DNA of 32,000 nt from Cupriavidus necator. Lineage in GTDB: Bacteria > Pseudomonadota > Gammaproteobacteria > Burkholderiales > Burkholderiaceae. The stretch is taken from contig NZ_CP066018.1 in assembly GCF_016127575.1 (NCBI RefSeq), positions 1,860,001-1,892,000 on the forward strand, given 5' to 3'. The translations under genes and the position numbers were made by a program. Shown piece by piece: positions 22,721 to 32,000 of this stretch; the stretch's first letter is position 1, and each line of letters starts with the position of its first letter. The notes under the pieces are model-generated. The model did not search any database, had not been told where the DNA came from, and saw nothing but the letters and a program-made list of their open reading frames with translations.

Positions 22721-23518
22721 ATGAGCGACACCCGGTCCCCAGATCCCCAAGACCCGCAAGACGAGTCGCAGCAGGAAACCTTTATTTCCCACCTGGTCGA
22801 ACTGCGCCAACGCCTGGTCAAGGCGGTGGCCGGCATCATCCTGGTCTTCGTCAGCCTGGTCTACTGGGCCCCGGTGATTTTCAACCTGTTTGCCGCGCCG
22901 CTGATGGAGTCGCTGCCCAAGGGCGGCAAGATGATCGTGACCGATGTCACCGGCTCGTTCTTCGTGCCGATGAAAGTCACCTTGCTGGTGGCCTTCCTGA
23001 TCGCGCTGCCGTGGGTGCTGTACCAGGTCTGGCAGTTTGTCGCGCCCGGCCTGTACCAGCATGAGAAACGCCTGATCCTGCCGCTGGTATCGAGCAGCTA
23101 TTTCCTGTTCCTGTGCGGCGTGGCGTTCGCGTATTTCCTGGTGTTCCCCACGGTGTTCCATTTCATGGCGCACTACAACGCCCCGCTGGGGGCGGAGATG
23201 TCGACTGACATCGACAAATACCTCAGCTTTGCCATGACCACTTTCCTGGCCTTCGGCATCACCTTCGAGGTGCCGGTGGTGGTGATCGTGCTGGTGCGCT
23301 TTGGCGTGGTGGAGCTGGAAAAGCTCAAGCAGATCCGCCCCTATGTGATCGTGGGGGCCTTCATCATCGCTGCCATCGTGACCCCTCCCGATGTGCTGTC
23401 GCAGCTGCTGCTGGCCGTGCCGCTGGTGGCGCTTTATGAACTCGGACTGCTACTGGCGCGCTTTGTCGGCCGTCCGTCACCTGAAGCGACTGCTTCAGGG
23501 GAAACGCAGCCCGACTAA
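22721..23518 (+). CDS. tatC: Twin-arginine translocase subunit TatC
   Basis: 265 aa. ETFISHLVELRQRL, FFVPMKVTL, GLYQHEKR, FEVPVVVIVL and TPPDVLSQ are TatC blocks. An in-frame TGA at 22706-22708 excludes an earlier start. Confidence 0.94.
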   Translation: MSDTRSPDPQDPQDESQQETFISHLVELRQRLVKAVAGIILVFVSLVYWAPVIFNLFAAPLMESLPKGGKMIVTDVTGSFFVPMKVTLLVAFLIALPWVLYQVWQFVAPGLYQHEKRLILPLVSSSYFLFLCGVAFAYFLVFPTVFHFMAHYNAPLGAEMSTDIDKYLSFAMTTFLAFGITFEVPVVVIVLVRFGVVELEKLKQIRPYVIVGAFIIAAIVTPPDVLSQLLLAVPLVALYELGLLLARFVGRPSPEATASGETQPD

Positions 23519-23548
23519 TTCGGCTGAGGTAGGCCTTTCGTATCTGCT

Positions 23549-23582
23549 AATCCCCGTTTTTGCACCAAAACGGGGATTTTCC
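23549..23582 (+). terminator. Rho-independent terminator after tatC
   Basis: 12-bp perfect stem AATCCCCGTTTT (23549-23560) / AAAACGGGGATT (23567-23578) with a 6-nt loop and trailing TT. Confidence 0.8.
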
Positions 23583-23649
23583 CTCCCATTCCTGTTGCTC
23601 CCCCACAACAAAAACCGCCAGTAAGCATGGTTTACGCCGAAAAAGCCTT

Positions 23650-23677
23650 CTGACGGCCGGGGGGGCTGGCACATAAT
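23650..23677 (+). promoter_or_regulatory. Candidate sigma70 promoter for the porin gene
   Basis: CTGACG (23650-23655), a 16-bp spacer, then CATAAT (23672-23677). It lies about 85 nt upstream of the porin ATG. Confidence 0.4.
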
Positions 23678-23761
23678 ACGCAGCAGACGTGAATGTAAAT
23701 GCGTCGCCCAAGTACTTGGGCAACCAAGATTTCCCAATCAGTTGACAAGGAAAGTGTCGAT

Positions 23762-24871
23762 ATGAAGATGAAACTGTTTGCTGCTGCCGTCGCCGCTCTG
23801 GCCGCTGGTGGCGCCTATGCCCAATCGAGCGTAACCCTGTACGGCGTGGCTGACGTCGGCCTCGAGTACGTCAACAACGCTAACGCCGCTGGCGACGACC
23901 TGTTCCGCATGTCGTCGGGTAACCAGTCCGGTTCGCGCTGGGGCCTGCGTGGCGTGGAAGATCTGGGCGGCGGCCTGAAGGGCGTGTTCGTGCTGGAAAG
24001 CGGTTTCGACCTGGACACGGGCAGCAATGCCACGAGCCAAGGTGGTCGTCTGTTCGGCCGTCAAGCCTACGTCGGTCTGCAAAGCCAGTTCGGCTCGCTG
24101 CTGCTGGGCCGTCAACAAACGTCGTTCTATGACTTCGGTCTGCAGTTCGACCCGATGGCCATTTCGTCGCGTTACGGCATCCTGTCGCAAGACAGCGCCT
24201 TCGCTTCGCGCGCTGACAACACCGTCAAGTACATCGGCAAGTTCGGTGGCCTGACCGCTTCGGCCTTCTACAGCTTCAACAACAACGGCCAGGAAGTCGC
24301 CGGCGCATTCCGCCGCGGCCAACAGTACGGCGCGCTGGTGAGCTACGCAGCTGGCCCGTTCGCGGTTGGTGCTGCTTATGACGAAATCCACGGCTCGACC
24401 ACCGGTACGCCTCCCGTCGATGCAAGCGGCCAGCGTACTCGCCGTGCTACCGTTGGCGCCAACTACGCCTTCGGTCCGGCCAAGGTCTACGCCGGCTATC
24501 GCTGGGCCAAGGCCTTCGACGGCGCTGCTCTGACGGGCGGCACGACGGTTGACAATGGTGTCCTGACCACGTCGACGGCTTCGAACCTGTACTGGCTGGG
24601 TCTGGGTTACCAACTGACCCCGGCGTTCTCGCTGTCGGGCGCTGCGTACTACCAAGACTTCCGCAAGAGCGAAGCCGATCCGTGGCAGTTCGTGATCACG
24701 GCCGACTACGCGCTGTCGAAGCGTACCGACGTGTACACCTCGCTGTCGTACACCCTGAACGACAAGGGCTCGGCCCTGGGCGTGAACGGTTTCAACACCG
24801 CCACCACCACCAACGTTCAGGCGAACAAGGATCAGTTCGGTGCTGTGGTTGGTCTGCGCCACAAGTTCTAA
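23762..24871 (+). CDS. Gram-negative general porin (OmpC/Omp32-like trimeric porin family)
   Basis: 369 aa from ATG 23762 after AAGGAAAG. Signal peptide MKMKLFAAAVAALAAGGAYA. Mature N-terminus QSSVTLYGVADVGLEY and C-terminal GLRHKF are hallmarks of Burkholderiales porins. Codon usage is visibly shifted toward the GGT/CGT/GCT/TCG set, which fits high expression. Confidence 0.92.
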   Translation: MKMKLFAAAVAALAAGGAYAQSSVTLYGVADVGLEYVNNANAAGDDLFRMSSGNQSGSRWGLRGVEDLGGGLKGVFVLESGFDLDTGSNATSQGGRLFGRQAYVGLQSQFGSLLLGRQQTSFYDFGLQFDPMAISSRYGILSQDSAFASRADNTVKYIGKFGGLTASAFYSFNNNGQEVAGAFRRGQQYGALVSYAAGPFAVGAAYDEIHGSTTGTPPVDASGQRTRRATVGANYAFGPAKVYAGYRWAKAFDGAALTGGTTVDNGVLTTSTASNLYWLGLGYQLTPAFSLSGAAYYQDFRKSEADPWQFVITADYALSKRTDVYTSLSYTLNDKGSALGVNGFNTATTTNVQANKDQFGAVVGLRHKF

Positions 24872-24910
24872 TCTGACGCGGGTGTAAGCCCGCTTAGGAT
24901 TGGCTTGAAC

Positions 24911-24951
24911 CAAGAGGCCGGCATCCCAAGGATGCCGGCCTCTTGTCTTTT
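24911..24951 (+). terminator. Strong rho-independent terminator after the porin gene
   Basis: 16-bp perfect stem CAAGAGGCCGGCATCC (24911-24926) / GGATGCCGGCCTCTTG (24930-24945) with a 3-nt loop, followed by TCTTTT. Confidence 0.85.
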
Positions 24952-25265
24952 GTGGCACCAAATGCTGGTACAGGCTGTTGCGCTGTTATCGTGCTGTGCC
25001 AGCCATGCTGCGCCTGGATGGCCGGCCAGAGGGCGGGTGGCGTGGGTGCAGCGCGGTGTGCCGGCGTTCTGCTTCGCGGCGATGTGGATCAGGCGCGGCG
25101 TTGCTCATGTCGATCGTGACCCGGTATGCACGTCGATCACGCCCCCCGGGCGTGAGTTTGCGCCTGCCAGTGACGGCCCCTGGTTCCACCGCCGCGATCC
25201 GGCAGCGCGGCGCGGCATTCCGTGACCGTTGCCTCGATGCCAAGGGCAGCAGCTGCGCCAGGCAT

Positions 25266-25294
25266 AAAAAAACCCCGCCATCCAAGGCGGGGTT
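25266..25294 (-). terminator. Rho-independent terminator for the DegS-like gene
   Basis: The minus strand reads AACCCCGCC-TTGGAT-GGCGGGGTT followed by TTTTTTTA (plus-strand stem 25271-25279 / 25286-25294, A-run 25266-25272). It lies 32 nt downstream of the stop at 25327. Confidence 0.8.
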
Positions 25295-25326
25295 CCGTCT
25301 TCAGGGCCGTGTCGTCGTGCCCAGCC

Positions 25327-26520
<1,194 letters not shown>

Positions 26521-26540
26521 ATTGGAGTTTTGAGCAGAAA

Positions 26541-27287
26541 ATGAAAACAAAAGAGCTTGAATTGTACTTGAATGACCTGTTGGAAGTTTCCCGCTACAAG
26601 GACTATTGTCCCAACGGGCTGCAAGTGCAAGGTCGCTCGGAGATCACACACATCGTGACGGGAGTGACTGCAAGCCTGGCATTGGTCGATGCCGCAATCG
26701 AAGCGGGGGCCGACGCCATCCTCGTCCATCACGGCTACTTCTGGAAAAACGAAGATGCACGCGTGGTCGGGCAGAAGCACGCGCGTCTGAAGCGCCTGCT
26801 TGGCGCGGACGTCAACCTGTTCGCCTTCCACCTGCCCCTGGACAACCACCCGGAGTTCGGCAACAACGCCCAGCTCGGGCTGCAGCTCGGCTTTACCCCG
26901 ACCGGCCGCTTCAGCGACGACCAGCTCGGCTGGACCGGCACGCTGCCCGCGCCGATGCCGCTCTCCGCGCTGGCCGCGCACGTTGGTGGCGTACTGGGGC
27001 GCGAGCCGCTGGCCATCGGTGAGCCGGACCAGATGATCCGCACCGTCGGCTGGTGCACGGGCGGGGCGCAAGGCTATTTCGATGCCGCGGTGGCCGCGGG
27101 TGTCGATGCCTACCTGAGCGGCGAAGTCTCGGAGCAGACCACGCACCTGGCGCGCGAAAGCGGCGTGGCTTACCTTGCCGCCGGCCATCACGCCACCGAG
27201 CGCTACGGCATCCGCTCGCTGGGCGAGCATGTGGCCGAACGCTTTGGCCTGCTCCATACGTTTATCGATATTCCTAATCCCGTCTGA
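26541..27287 (+). CDS. ybgI: Nif3-family metal-binding protein (YbgI / GTP cyclohydrolase 1 type 2 homolog)
   Basis: 248 aa, colinear with E. coli Ybg[84 protein letters not shown]. Confidence 0.93.
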   Translation: MKTKELELYLNDLLEVSRYKDYCPNGLQVQGRSEITHIVTGVTASLALVDAAIEAGADAILVHHGYFWKNEDARVVGQKHARLKRLLGADVNLFAFHLPLDNHPEFGNNAQLGLQLGFTPTGRFSDDQLGWTGTLPAPMPLSALAAHVGGVLGREPLAIGEPDQMIRTVGWCTGGAQGYFDAAVAAGVDAYLSGEVSEQTTHLARESGVAYLAAGHHATERYGIRSLGEHVAERFGLLHTFIDIPNPV

Positions 27288-27300
27288 TCTGACGCAAAAC

Positions 27301-27325
27301 AAAACGGCCCCATCGGGGCCGTTTT
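27301..27325. terminator. Bidirectional rho-independent terminator shared by ybgI (+) and mscL (-)
   Basis: 11-bp perfect stem AAAACGGCCCC (27301-27311) / GGGGCCGTTTT (27315-27325) with a 3-nt loop. Runs of A on one side and T on the other give U-tracts in both orientations. Confidence 0.8.
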
Positions 27326-27359
27326 ATCTTCCGGGGTCGGCGCGCATATGGCGCACCAG

Positions 27360-27785
27360 TCAGCGGGTCTTCAGGCTGTCGCGGATCTCACGCAGCAGCA
27401 CGACTTCCTCGGGCGGTGCGGCGGGCGCTGCTTCCGGTTCCGCGGCGCGCATCCTGTTAAAGGCACGCACCATCAGGAAGATGATGAAGGCCAGGATCAG
27501 GAAGTTGACAACGATGGTCAGGAAATTGCCGTAGGCGAACACGGGCACGCCGGCCTTCTTCAAGGCATCGAGCGTAGTGGGAGTTCCGGGTGGGGGATCC
27601 GCCAGCACGATGAACATGCTGGAGAAGTCCAGCTTGCCGATCACGCGGCCTACCAACGGCATGATCAGGTCGTTGACCACTGAATCCACGATCTTGCCGA
27701 AAGCCGCGCCGATGATCACACCGACCGCGAGGTCGATGACGTTGCCGCGTACGGCAAAGGTTCTGAATTCCGAGATCATGCCCAT
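27360..27785 (-). CDS. mscL: Large-conductance mechanosensitive channel
   Basis: 141 aa. [28 protein letters not shown] is near-identical in pattern to E. coli MscL. AAGGAG lies 7 nt upstream of the ATG at 27785. Confidence 0.96.
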   Translation of the reverse strand: MGMISEFRTFAVRGNVIDLAVGVIIGAAFGKIVDSVVNDLIMPLVGRVIGKLDFSSMFIVLADPPPGTPTTLDALKKAGVPVFAYGNFLTIVVNFLILAFIIFLMVRAFNRMRAAEPEAAPAAPPEEVVLLREIRDSLKTR

Positions 27786-27999
27786 GGGGGGTTCTCCTTC
27801 TTGTCGCTAGCGATGAACGGTTTCAAGCTCGAAGCCTGCCGCATCACTCACCGGAAAGCAAGCACCGAAGCCGCTTTCCGGGTTGCACGTCCGATAATCG
27901 CGCATGGCCGTGGCATTTTCTGCCTATCTAGTGCGCTGGTGTCTAAGGTACACTTTATGGTTGACGCAAAATCTAAATTGACTTCCCCTGGGGTTTGGA

Positions 28000-28617
28000 A
28001 TGAGTGACCAGCAAGACGTGAAGAGCGTGGATAAGGGTCGCCGCAATTGGTTGATCGCGACATCCGTCGCTGGCGGCGTCGGAGGCGTAGCGGTAGCGGT
28101 TCCTTTCGTCAGTACTTTTGCACCATCGGAGAAGGCCAAAGCCGCGGGTGCTCCAGTCGAGGCGGATATTGGCGCGCTGAAGCCAGGCGAGATGATGACT
28201 GTCGAATGGCGCGGCAAGCCGGTCTGGATCATGCGGCGCACGGACGAACAACTGGCGTCGCTGAAGAAGACGGACGGCGAGGTGGCCGATCCCAATTCCG
28301 AGATTGCATTCACCATGCAGACGCCTGAATACTGCAAGAACGAAACCCGTTCGCGCGCAGAACACAAGGACGTCCTGGTCGTGGTGGGTATCTGTTCCCA
28401 CCTGGGCTGCTCGCCGTCGGGCCCCTTCGCTGCCGGTGCCAATTCCCAGCTCGGCTCCGATCCCGGTTTCCTTTGCCCCTGCCACGGGTCGACCTTTGAC
28501 CTCGCCGGGCGCGTCTTCAAGAACAAGCCGGCTCCGCAGAATCTCGATGTTCCCCCCTACCAGTTCCTGACCGACAGCAAGATCGTGATCGGCAAGGACG
28601 AGAAAGGAGAAGCCTGA
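28000..28617 (+). CDS. petA: Ubiquinol-cytochrome c reductase, Rieske iron-sulfur subunit
   Basis: 205 aa. Twin-arginine signal anchor (GRRNWLIATSVAGG). Rieske boxes CSHLGCSP and CPCHGSTFD. Confidence 0.95.
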   Translation: MSDQQDVKSVDKGRRNWLIATSVAGGVGGVAVAVPFVSTFAPSEKAKAAGAPVEADIGALKPGEMMTVEWRGKPVWIMRRTDEQLASLKKTDGEVADPNSEIAFTMQTPEYCKNETRSRAEHKDVLVVVGICSHLGCSPSGPFAAGANSQLGSDPGFLCPCHGSTFDLAGRVFKNKPAPQNLDVPPYQFLTDSKIVIGKDEKGEA

Positions 28618-28619
28618 TC

Positions 28620-30023
28620 ATGGCGGCCGAAAAACAAGTCAAGACGACCGGCCTGCTGGGCTGGATCGACGCCCGCTTCCCCGCAACCCAGCTGTGGGAA
28701 GACCACCTCTCCAAGTACTACGCGCCGAAGAACTTCAACTTCTGGTACTTCTTCGGTTCGCTGGCGCTGCTGGTGCTGGTGATCCAGATCGTCACCGGCA
28801 TCTTCCTGGTGATGAACTACAAGCCCGACGGCACTCTGAACGCCGCCGGCATTCCCGTGGCCTTCGCCAGCGTGGAATACATCATGCGCGAAGTCCCCTG
28901 GGGCTGGCTGGTGCGCTACATGCACTCGACCGGCGCCTCGGCCTTCTTCGTGGTGGTCTACCTGCATATGTTCCGGGGCCTGCTGTACGGTTCGTACCGC
29001 AAGCCGCGCGAGCTGGTCTGGATCTTCGGCTGCCTGATCTTCCTGTGCCTGATGGCGGAAGCCTTCATGGGCTACCTGTTGCCATGGGGCCAGATGTCGT
29101 ACTGGGGCGCCCAGGTGATCGTGAACCTGTTCTCGGCGATTCCCGTGATCGGCCAGGACCTGTCGCTGTTCATCCGCGGTGACTACGTGGTGAGCGATGC
29201 AACGCTGAACCGCTTCTTCTCGTTCCACGTCATCGCCGTGCCGCTGGTGCTGCTGGCGCTGGTCATTGCCCACATCATCGCGCTGCACGAAGTGGGATCG
29301 AACAACCCGGACGGCGTCGAGATCAAGGCCAAGAAGGATGAGAACGGCATCCCGCTGGACGGCATCCCGTTCCACCCGTACTACTCGGTGCACGACACGC
29401 TGGGCGTTGCCGGCTTCCTGCTCCTGTTCTCGGCCGTGATCTTCTTCTTCCCGGAAGTGGGCGGCTATTTCCTGGAACACAACAACTTCTTCCCGGCTGA
29501 CCCGCTGAAAACCCCGCCGCATATCGCGCCGGTGTGGTACTTCACGCCGTTCTACTCGATGCTGCGTGCCACCACGTCGAACTTCCTGCCGATCCTGTGG
29601 GTGTTCTTCGCGCTGCTGCTCGGCATGGTGTTCCTGCGCAGCAAGGATGCGCGCGTGAAGATCGGCGCCATCGCCGTCGCGGTGATCCTGGCCGTGGGCT
29701 TCTACTTCATCGACGCCAAGTTCTGGGGCGTGCTGGTGATGGGCGGCTCGGTGGTGATCCTGTTCTTCCTGCCGTGGCTGGACCACTCGCCGGTCAAGTC
29801 CATCCGCTATCGTCCTGCCTTCCACAAGACCATCCTGACCGTCTTCGTGGTGGTGTTCCTGGTGCTCGGCTATCTTGGCGTGCAACCGCCGTCGCCGGTC
29901 GGTGAGAAGGTGTCGCAGCTCGGTACGCTGCTGTACTTCGCCTTCTTCCTGACCATGCCGCTGTGGAGCCGTGTCGGCGAGTTCAAGCCGGTCCCGGAGC
30001 GTGTCACGTTCCACCCGCACTGA
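28620..30023 (+). CDS. petB: Cytochrome b of the bc1 complex
   Basis: 467 aa. Heme-ligand His contexts (RYMHSTGAS, FFSFHVIAVP) and the PEWY-equivalent region (PPHIAPVWYFTPFYSMLR). Confidence 0.96.
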   Translation: MAAEKQVKTTGLLGWIDARFPATQLWEDHLSKYYAPKNFNFWYFFGSLALLVLVIQIVTGIFLVMNYKPDGTLNAAGIPVAFASVEYIMREVPWGWLVRYMHSTGASAFFVVVYLHMFRGLLYGSYRKPRELVWIFGCLIFLCLMAEAFMGYLLPWGQMSYWGAQVIVNLFSAIPVIGQDLSLFIRGDYVVSDATLNRFFSFHVIAVPLVLLALVIAHIIALHEVGSNNPDGVEIKAKKDENGIPLDGIPFHPYYSVHDTLGVAGFLLLFSAVIFFFPEVGGYFLEHNNFFPADPLKTPPHIAPVWYFTPFYSMLRATTSNFLPILWVFFALLLGMVFLRSKDARVKIGAIAVAVILAVGFYFIDAKFWGVLVMGGSVVILFFLPWLDHSPVKSIRYRPAFHKTILTVFVVVFLVLGYLGVQPPSPVGEKVSQLGTLLYFAFFLTMPLWSRVGEFKPVPERVTFHPH

Positions 30024-30059
30024 GCGAAGCGAACCCCGACAAGAGCACAAGGACACAAG

Positions 30060-30803
30060 ATGAAAAAGCTGCTTTCGATCCTCGCGCTGGCCGGCGCCTG
30101 CTTTGCCGGCGCGCCTGCCATGGCATCCGAAGGGGGCTTCCCCCTTGAGCCGGCACCGGTGAACACCGCTGACCTGTCGTCGCTGCAGCGCGGCGCCAAG
30201 CTGTTCGTCAACTACTGCCTGAACTGCCACGGCGCATCGATGATGCGTTACAACCGGCTCAAGGACATCGGCCTGACCGACGACCAGATCCGCGAGAACC
30301 TGCTGTTCAGCGCGGACAAGGTTGGCGAGACCATGACCATCGCCATGCAACCGAAGGAGGCCAAGGCCTTCTTCGGTGCGCAGCCGCCGGACCTGTCGGT
30401 GATCGCCCGCGCCCGCGGTGACGACTGGCTCTACACCTACCTGCGCACGTTCTACCGTGACGACAGCCGCGCCACCGGCTGGAACAACCTGGTGTTCCCG
30501 AGCGTCGGCATGCCGCACGTGCTGTGGGAACTGCAGGGCCAGCGCGCCGCCAAGTTCACGGAAGTGGAAGAGCACGGCGAGAAGGTGCACAAGTTTGCCG
30601 GCTTCGAGCAACTGAGCCCGGGCAAGCTGAGCAAGGTCGAGTACGACCAGGCCGCCGCTGACCTGGTCAGCTTCCTGGACTGGATGGCCGAGCCGGCGCA
30701 GAACCACCGCAAGCGCCTGGGCGTCTGGGTGCTGCTGTTCCTGGGCGTGTTCACTGTCTTTGCCTGGCGCCTCAACGCCGCGTACTGGAAGGACGTGAAG
30801 TAA
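30060..30803 (+). CDS. petC: Cytochrome c1
   Basis: 247 aa. Signal peptide, heme-binding CLNCHG, PPDLSVIARAR, and a C-terminal TM anchor (VWVLLFLGVFTVFAW). Confidence 0.94.
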   Translation: MKKLLSILALAGACFAGAPAMASEGGFPLEPAPVNTADLSSLQRGAKLFVNYCLNCHGASMMRYNRLKDIGLTDDQIRENLLFSADKVGETMTIAMQPKEAKAFFGAQPPDLSVIARARGDDWLYTYLRTFYRDDSRATGWNNLVFPSVGMPHVLWELQGQRAAKFTEVEEHGEKVHKFAGFEQLSPGKLSKVEYDQAAADLVSFLDWMAEPAQNHRKRLGVWVLLFLGVFTVFAWRLNAAYWKDVK

Positions 30804-30840
30804 AGGCATGCCAGGGCCCGAATCCGGGCCCGGACAAGGC

Positions 30841-30892
30841 AAAGGCCAGGGGTGGCCGCTGCGAAAGCAGCACCGCCCCTGGCCTTTTCTCT
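30841..30892 (+). terminator. Rho-independent terminator after petC
   Basis: 12-bp outer stem AAAGGCCAGGGG (30841-30852) / CCCCTGGCCTTT (30876-30887) with further inner pairing (GCTGC-GAAA-GCAGC), followed by TCTCTT. A smaller hairpin GGGCCCG/CGGGCCC at 30814-30831 precedes it. Confidence 0.8.
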
Positions 30893-31022
30893 TGGAAAAC
30901 CTGCCGAAGCGGGCCAATAAAGTGCGTCATTTGCCACTAATTTGCTTTCTGGTGGTCGACTTTGGCAGAATGGCAGACCTTACTGTCCGACCCTGCTTCG
31001 GCTAAGCCCAAGGAATCCAACC

Positions 31023-31634
31023 ATGATGGTGTTGTATTCGGGTACGACTTGCCCGTTTTCCCAACGTTGCCGCCTTGTCCTGTTTGAAAAGGGCATGGAT
31101 TTTGAAATCCGCGACGTCGACCTGTTCAACAAGCCCGAAGATATTTCGGTGATGAACCCGTACGGCCAGGTGCCCATCCTGGTCGAGCGCGACCTCATCC
31201 TGTATGAGTCGAACATCATCAACGAATACATCGACGAGCGCTTCCCGCACCCGCAGCTGATGCCGGCCGATCCGGTGCAGCGTGCCCGCGCCCGCCTGTT
31301 CCTGTTCAACTTCGAAAAGGAACTGTTCACCCACGTCTACACGCTGGAGAACGAAAAGGGCAAGGCCGCGGAGAAGAACCACGAACGCGCCCGCGCTGCG
31401 ATCCGCGACCGCCTGACGCAGCTCGCGCCGATCTTCGTCAAAAACAAGTACATGCTGGGCGAAGAGTTCTCGATGCTCGACGTCGCCATCGCGCCGCTGC
31501 TGTGGCGCCTGGACCACTACGGCATTGAGCTGTCGAAGAACGCCGCGCCGCTGCTGAAGTATGCTGAACGCATTTTCAGCCGTCCCGCGTACATCGAAGC
31601 GCTCACCCCGTCCGAAAAGGTGATGCGCCGCTAA
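31023..31634 (+). CDS. sspA: Stringent starvation protein A (GST-like RNAP-associated protein)
   Basis: 203 aa from ATG 31023 after AAGGAA. MMVLYSGTTCPFSQRCRLVLFEKG, NPYGQVPILVERDLILYESNIINEYIDERFPHPQLMP. Confidence 0.94.
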   Translation: MMVLYSGTTCPFSQRCRLVLFEKGMDFEIRDVDLFNKPEDISVMNPYGQVPILVERDLILYESNIINEYIDERFPHPQLMPADPVQRARARLFLFNFEKELFTHVYTLENEKGKAAEKNHERARAAIRDRLTQLAPIFVKNKYMLGEEFSMLDVAIAPLLWRLDHYGIELSKNAAPLLKYAERIFSRPAYIEALTPSEKVMRR

Positions 31635-31691
31635 CCGGCACCGGCCCGAAGGCATCCGCCCTCGGGCCACTACGGCGCCATTGGAAGCACA

Positions 31692-32000
31692 ATGCCTGAA
31701 ACCTCCACCAAGCCCTACCTGATTCGCGCCATCTATGAATGGTGCACGGACAACGGCTTCACGCCGTACATCGCCGTCTTCGTCGACGCCAACACCAGCG
31801 TGCCGCGCGAGTTCGTCAAGAACAACGAGATCGTGCTCAACGTCAGCTTCGACGCCACCAGCGGCCTGGACATGGGCAACGAGTGGATCACCTTCAGCGC
31901 ACGCTTTGGCGGCGTCTCGCGCAAGATCGACGTCCCTGTCGAGAACGTGCTGGCCATCTACGCCCGTGAGAACGGGCAGGGCATGGCCTTCCCGGTCGAA
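31692..32000 (+). CDS. sspB: ClpXP adaptor / stringent starvation protein B, 5' part (3'-truncated by the window edge)
   Basis: It is not in the ORF track because no stop lies within the window. ATG 31692 opens MPETSTKPYLIRAIYEWCTDNGFTPYIAVFVDANTSVPREFVKNNEIVLNVS...ITFSARFGG, the conserved SspB N-terminal domain. It sits directly downstream of sspA. Confidence 0.9.
   Translation, partial: MPETSTKPYLIRAIYEWCTDNGFTPYIAVFVDANTSVPREFVKNNEIVLNVSFDATSGLDMGNEWITFSARFGGVSRKIDVPVENVLAIYARENGQGMAFPVE

Noticed and set aside
22348-23064. A 238-aa + strand ORF bridging the tatB 3' end, the gap and the tatC 5' end.
   Set aside because: It is out of frame with both tat genes, whose products are canonical. 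Its product is Arg/Pro/Gly/Ala-rich low complexity. It is a typical overlapping-frame artefact.
23667-23682. A sigma54-type promoter (TGGCAC-N5-ACGCA) as the driver of the porin gene.
   Set aside because: The -12 element lacks the conserved TT. No enhancer-binding protein gene or upstream activator repeat is visible. The same bases fit a conventional sigma70 -10 (CATAAT) with a reasonable -35. It is kept only as a note within the porin-leader finding.
28557-30917. A 786-aa minus-strand ORF antisense to petB and petC. Similar long minus-strand ORFs occur at 3609-4853, 5701-7113, 9562-10572, 15156-16538, 23738-24961 and 26136-27302.
   Set aside because: The same high-GC shadow effect applies. 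Each is antisense to a gene with strong family motifs and has a biased Arg/Gly/Ala/His composition. None has a recognisable domain, a plausible start context or its own terminator.

Overview
This window is a GC-rich (about two-thirds G+C) core-genome segment. Gene content and order fit a Burkholderiaceae chromosome of the Cupriavidus/Ralstonia type; that assignment is an inference from synteny and composition.

Almost all genes lie on the + strand, in a tightly packed housekeeping series:
- the 3' end of gltB, then gltD
- a divergent GNAT acetyltransferase
- an orphan Bug/TctC-type periplasmic binding protein
- a complete Mla lipid-asymmetry cluster, mlaF-E-D-A-C-B
- a YadGH-type ABC-2 exporter
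- ibaG (BolA family) and murA
- a his operon, hisG-D-C-B-(MarC-family gene)-H-A-F-I-E
- a small membrane protein and a HIT hydrolase
- tatA-B-C
- a trimeric-type porin
- a single-PDZ DegS/AlgW-like protease (- strand)
- a Nif3/YbgI homolog
- mscL (- strand)
- petA-B-C (cytochrome bc1)
- sspA and the 5' end of sspB

Every gene looks intact and of the expected length. I found no tRNA, rRNA, CRISPR array, integrase, transposase or phage gene, and no compositional island.

My honest reading is that this is an ordinary conserved region, and I cannot support a novel multi-gene system here. The long reverse-strand ORFs in the track are high-GC shadow ORFs.

The observations worth a second look are small-scale and low to moderate in interest:
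- an unlisted 41-codon ORF in the 140-bp tatB-tatC gap that resembles a Tat signal peptide
- a perfect 9-bp x 8 in-frame tandem repeat, (Pro-Ala-Thr)8, in a long C-terminal extension of MlaA
- a YadGH exporter embedded in the mla-ibaG-murA envelope cluster
- a his operon abutting murA with no attenuator leader
- several unusual intergenic spacers, repeats and hairpins
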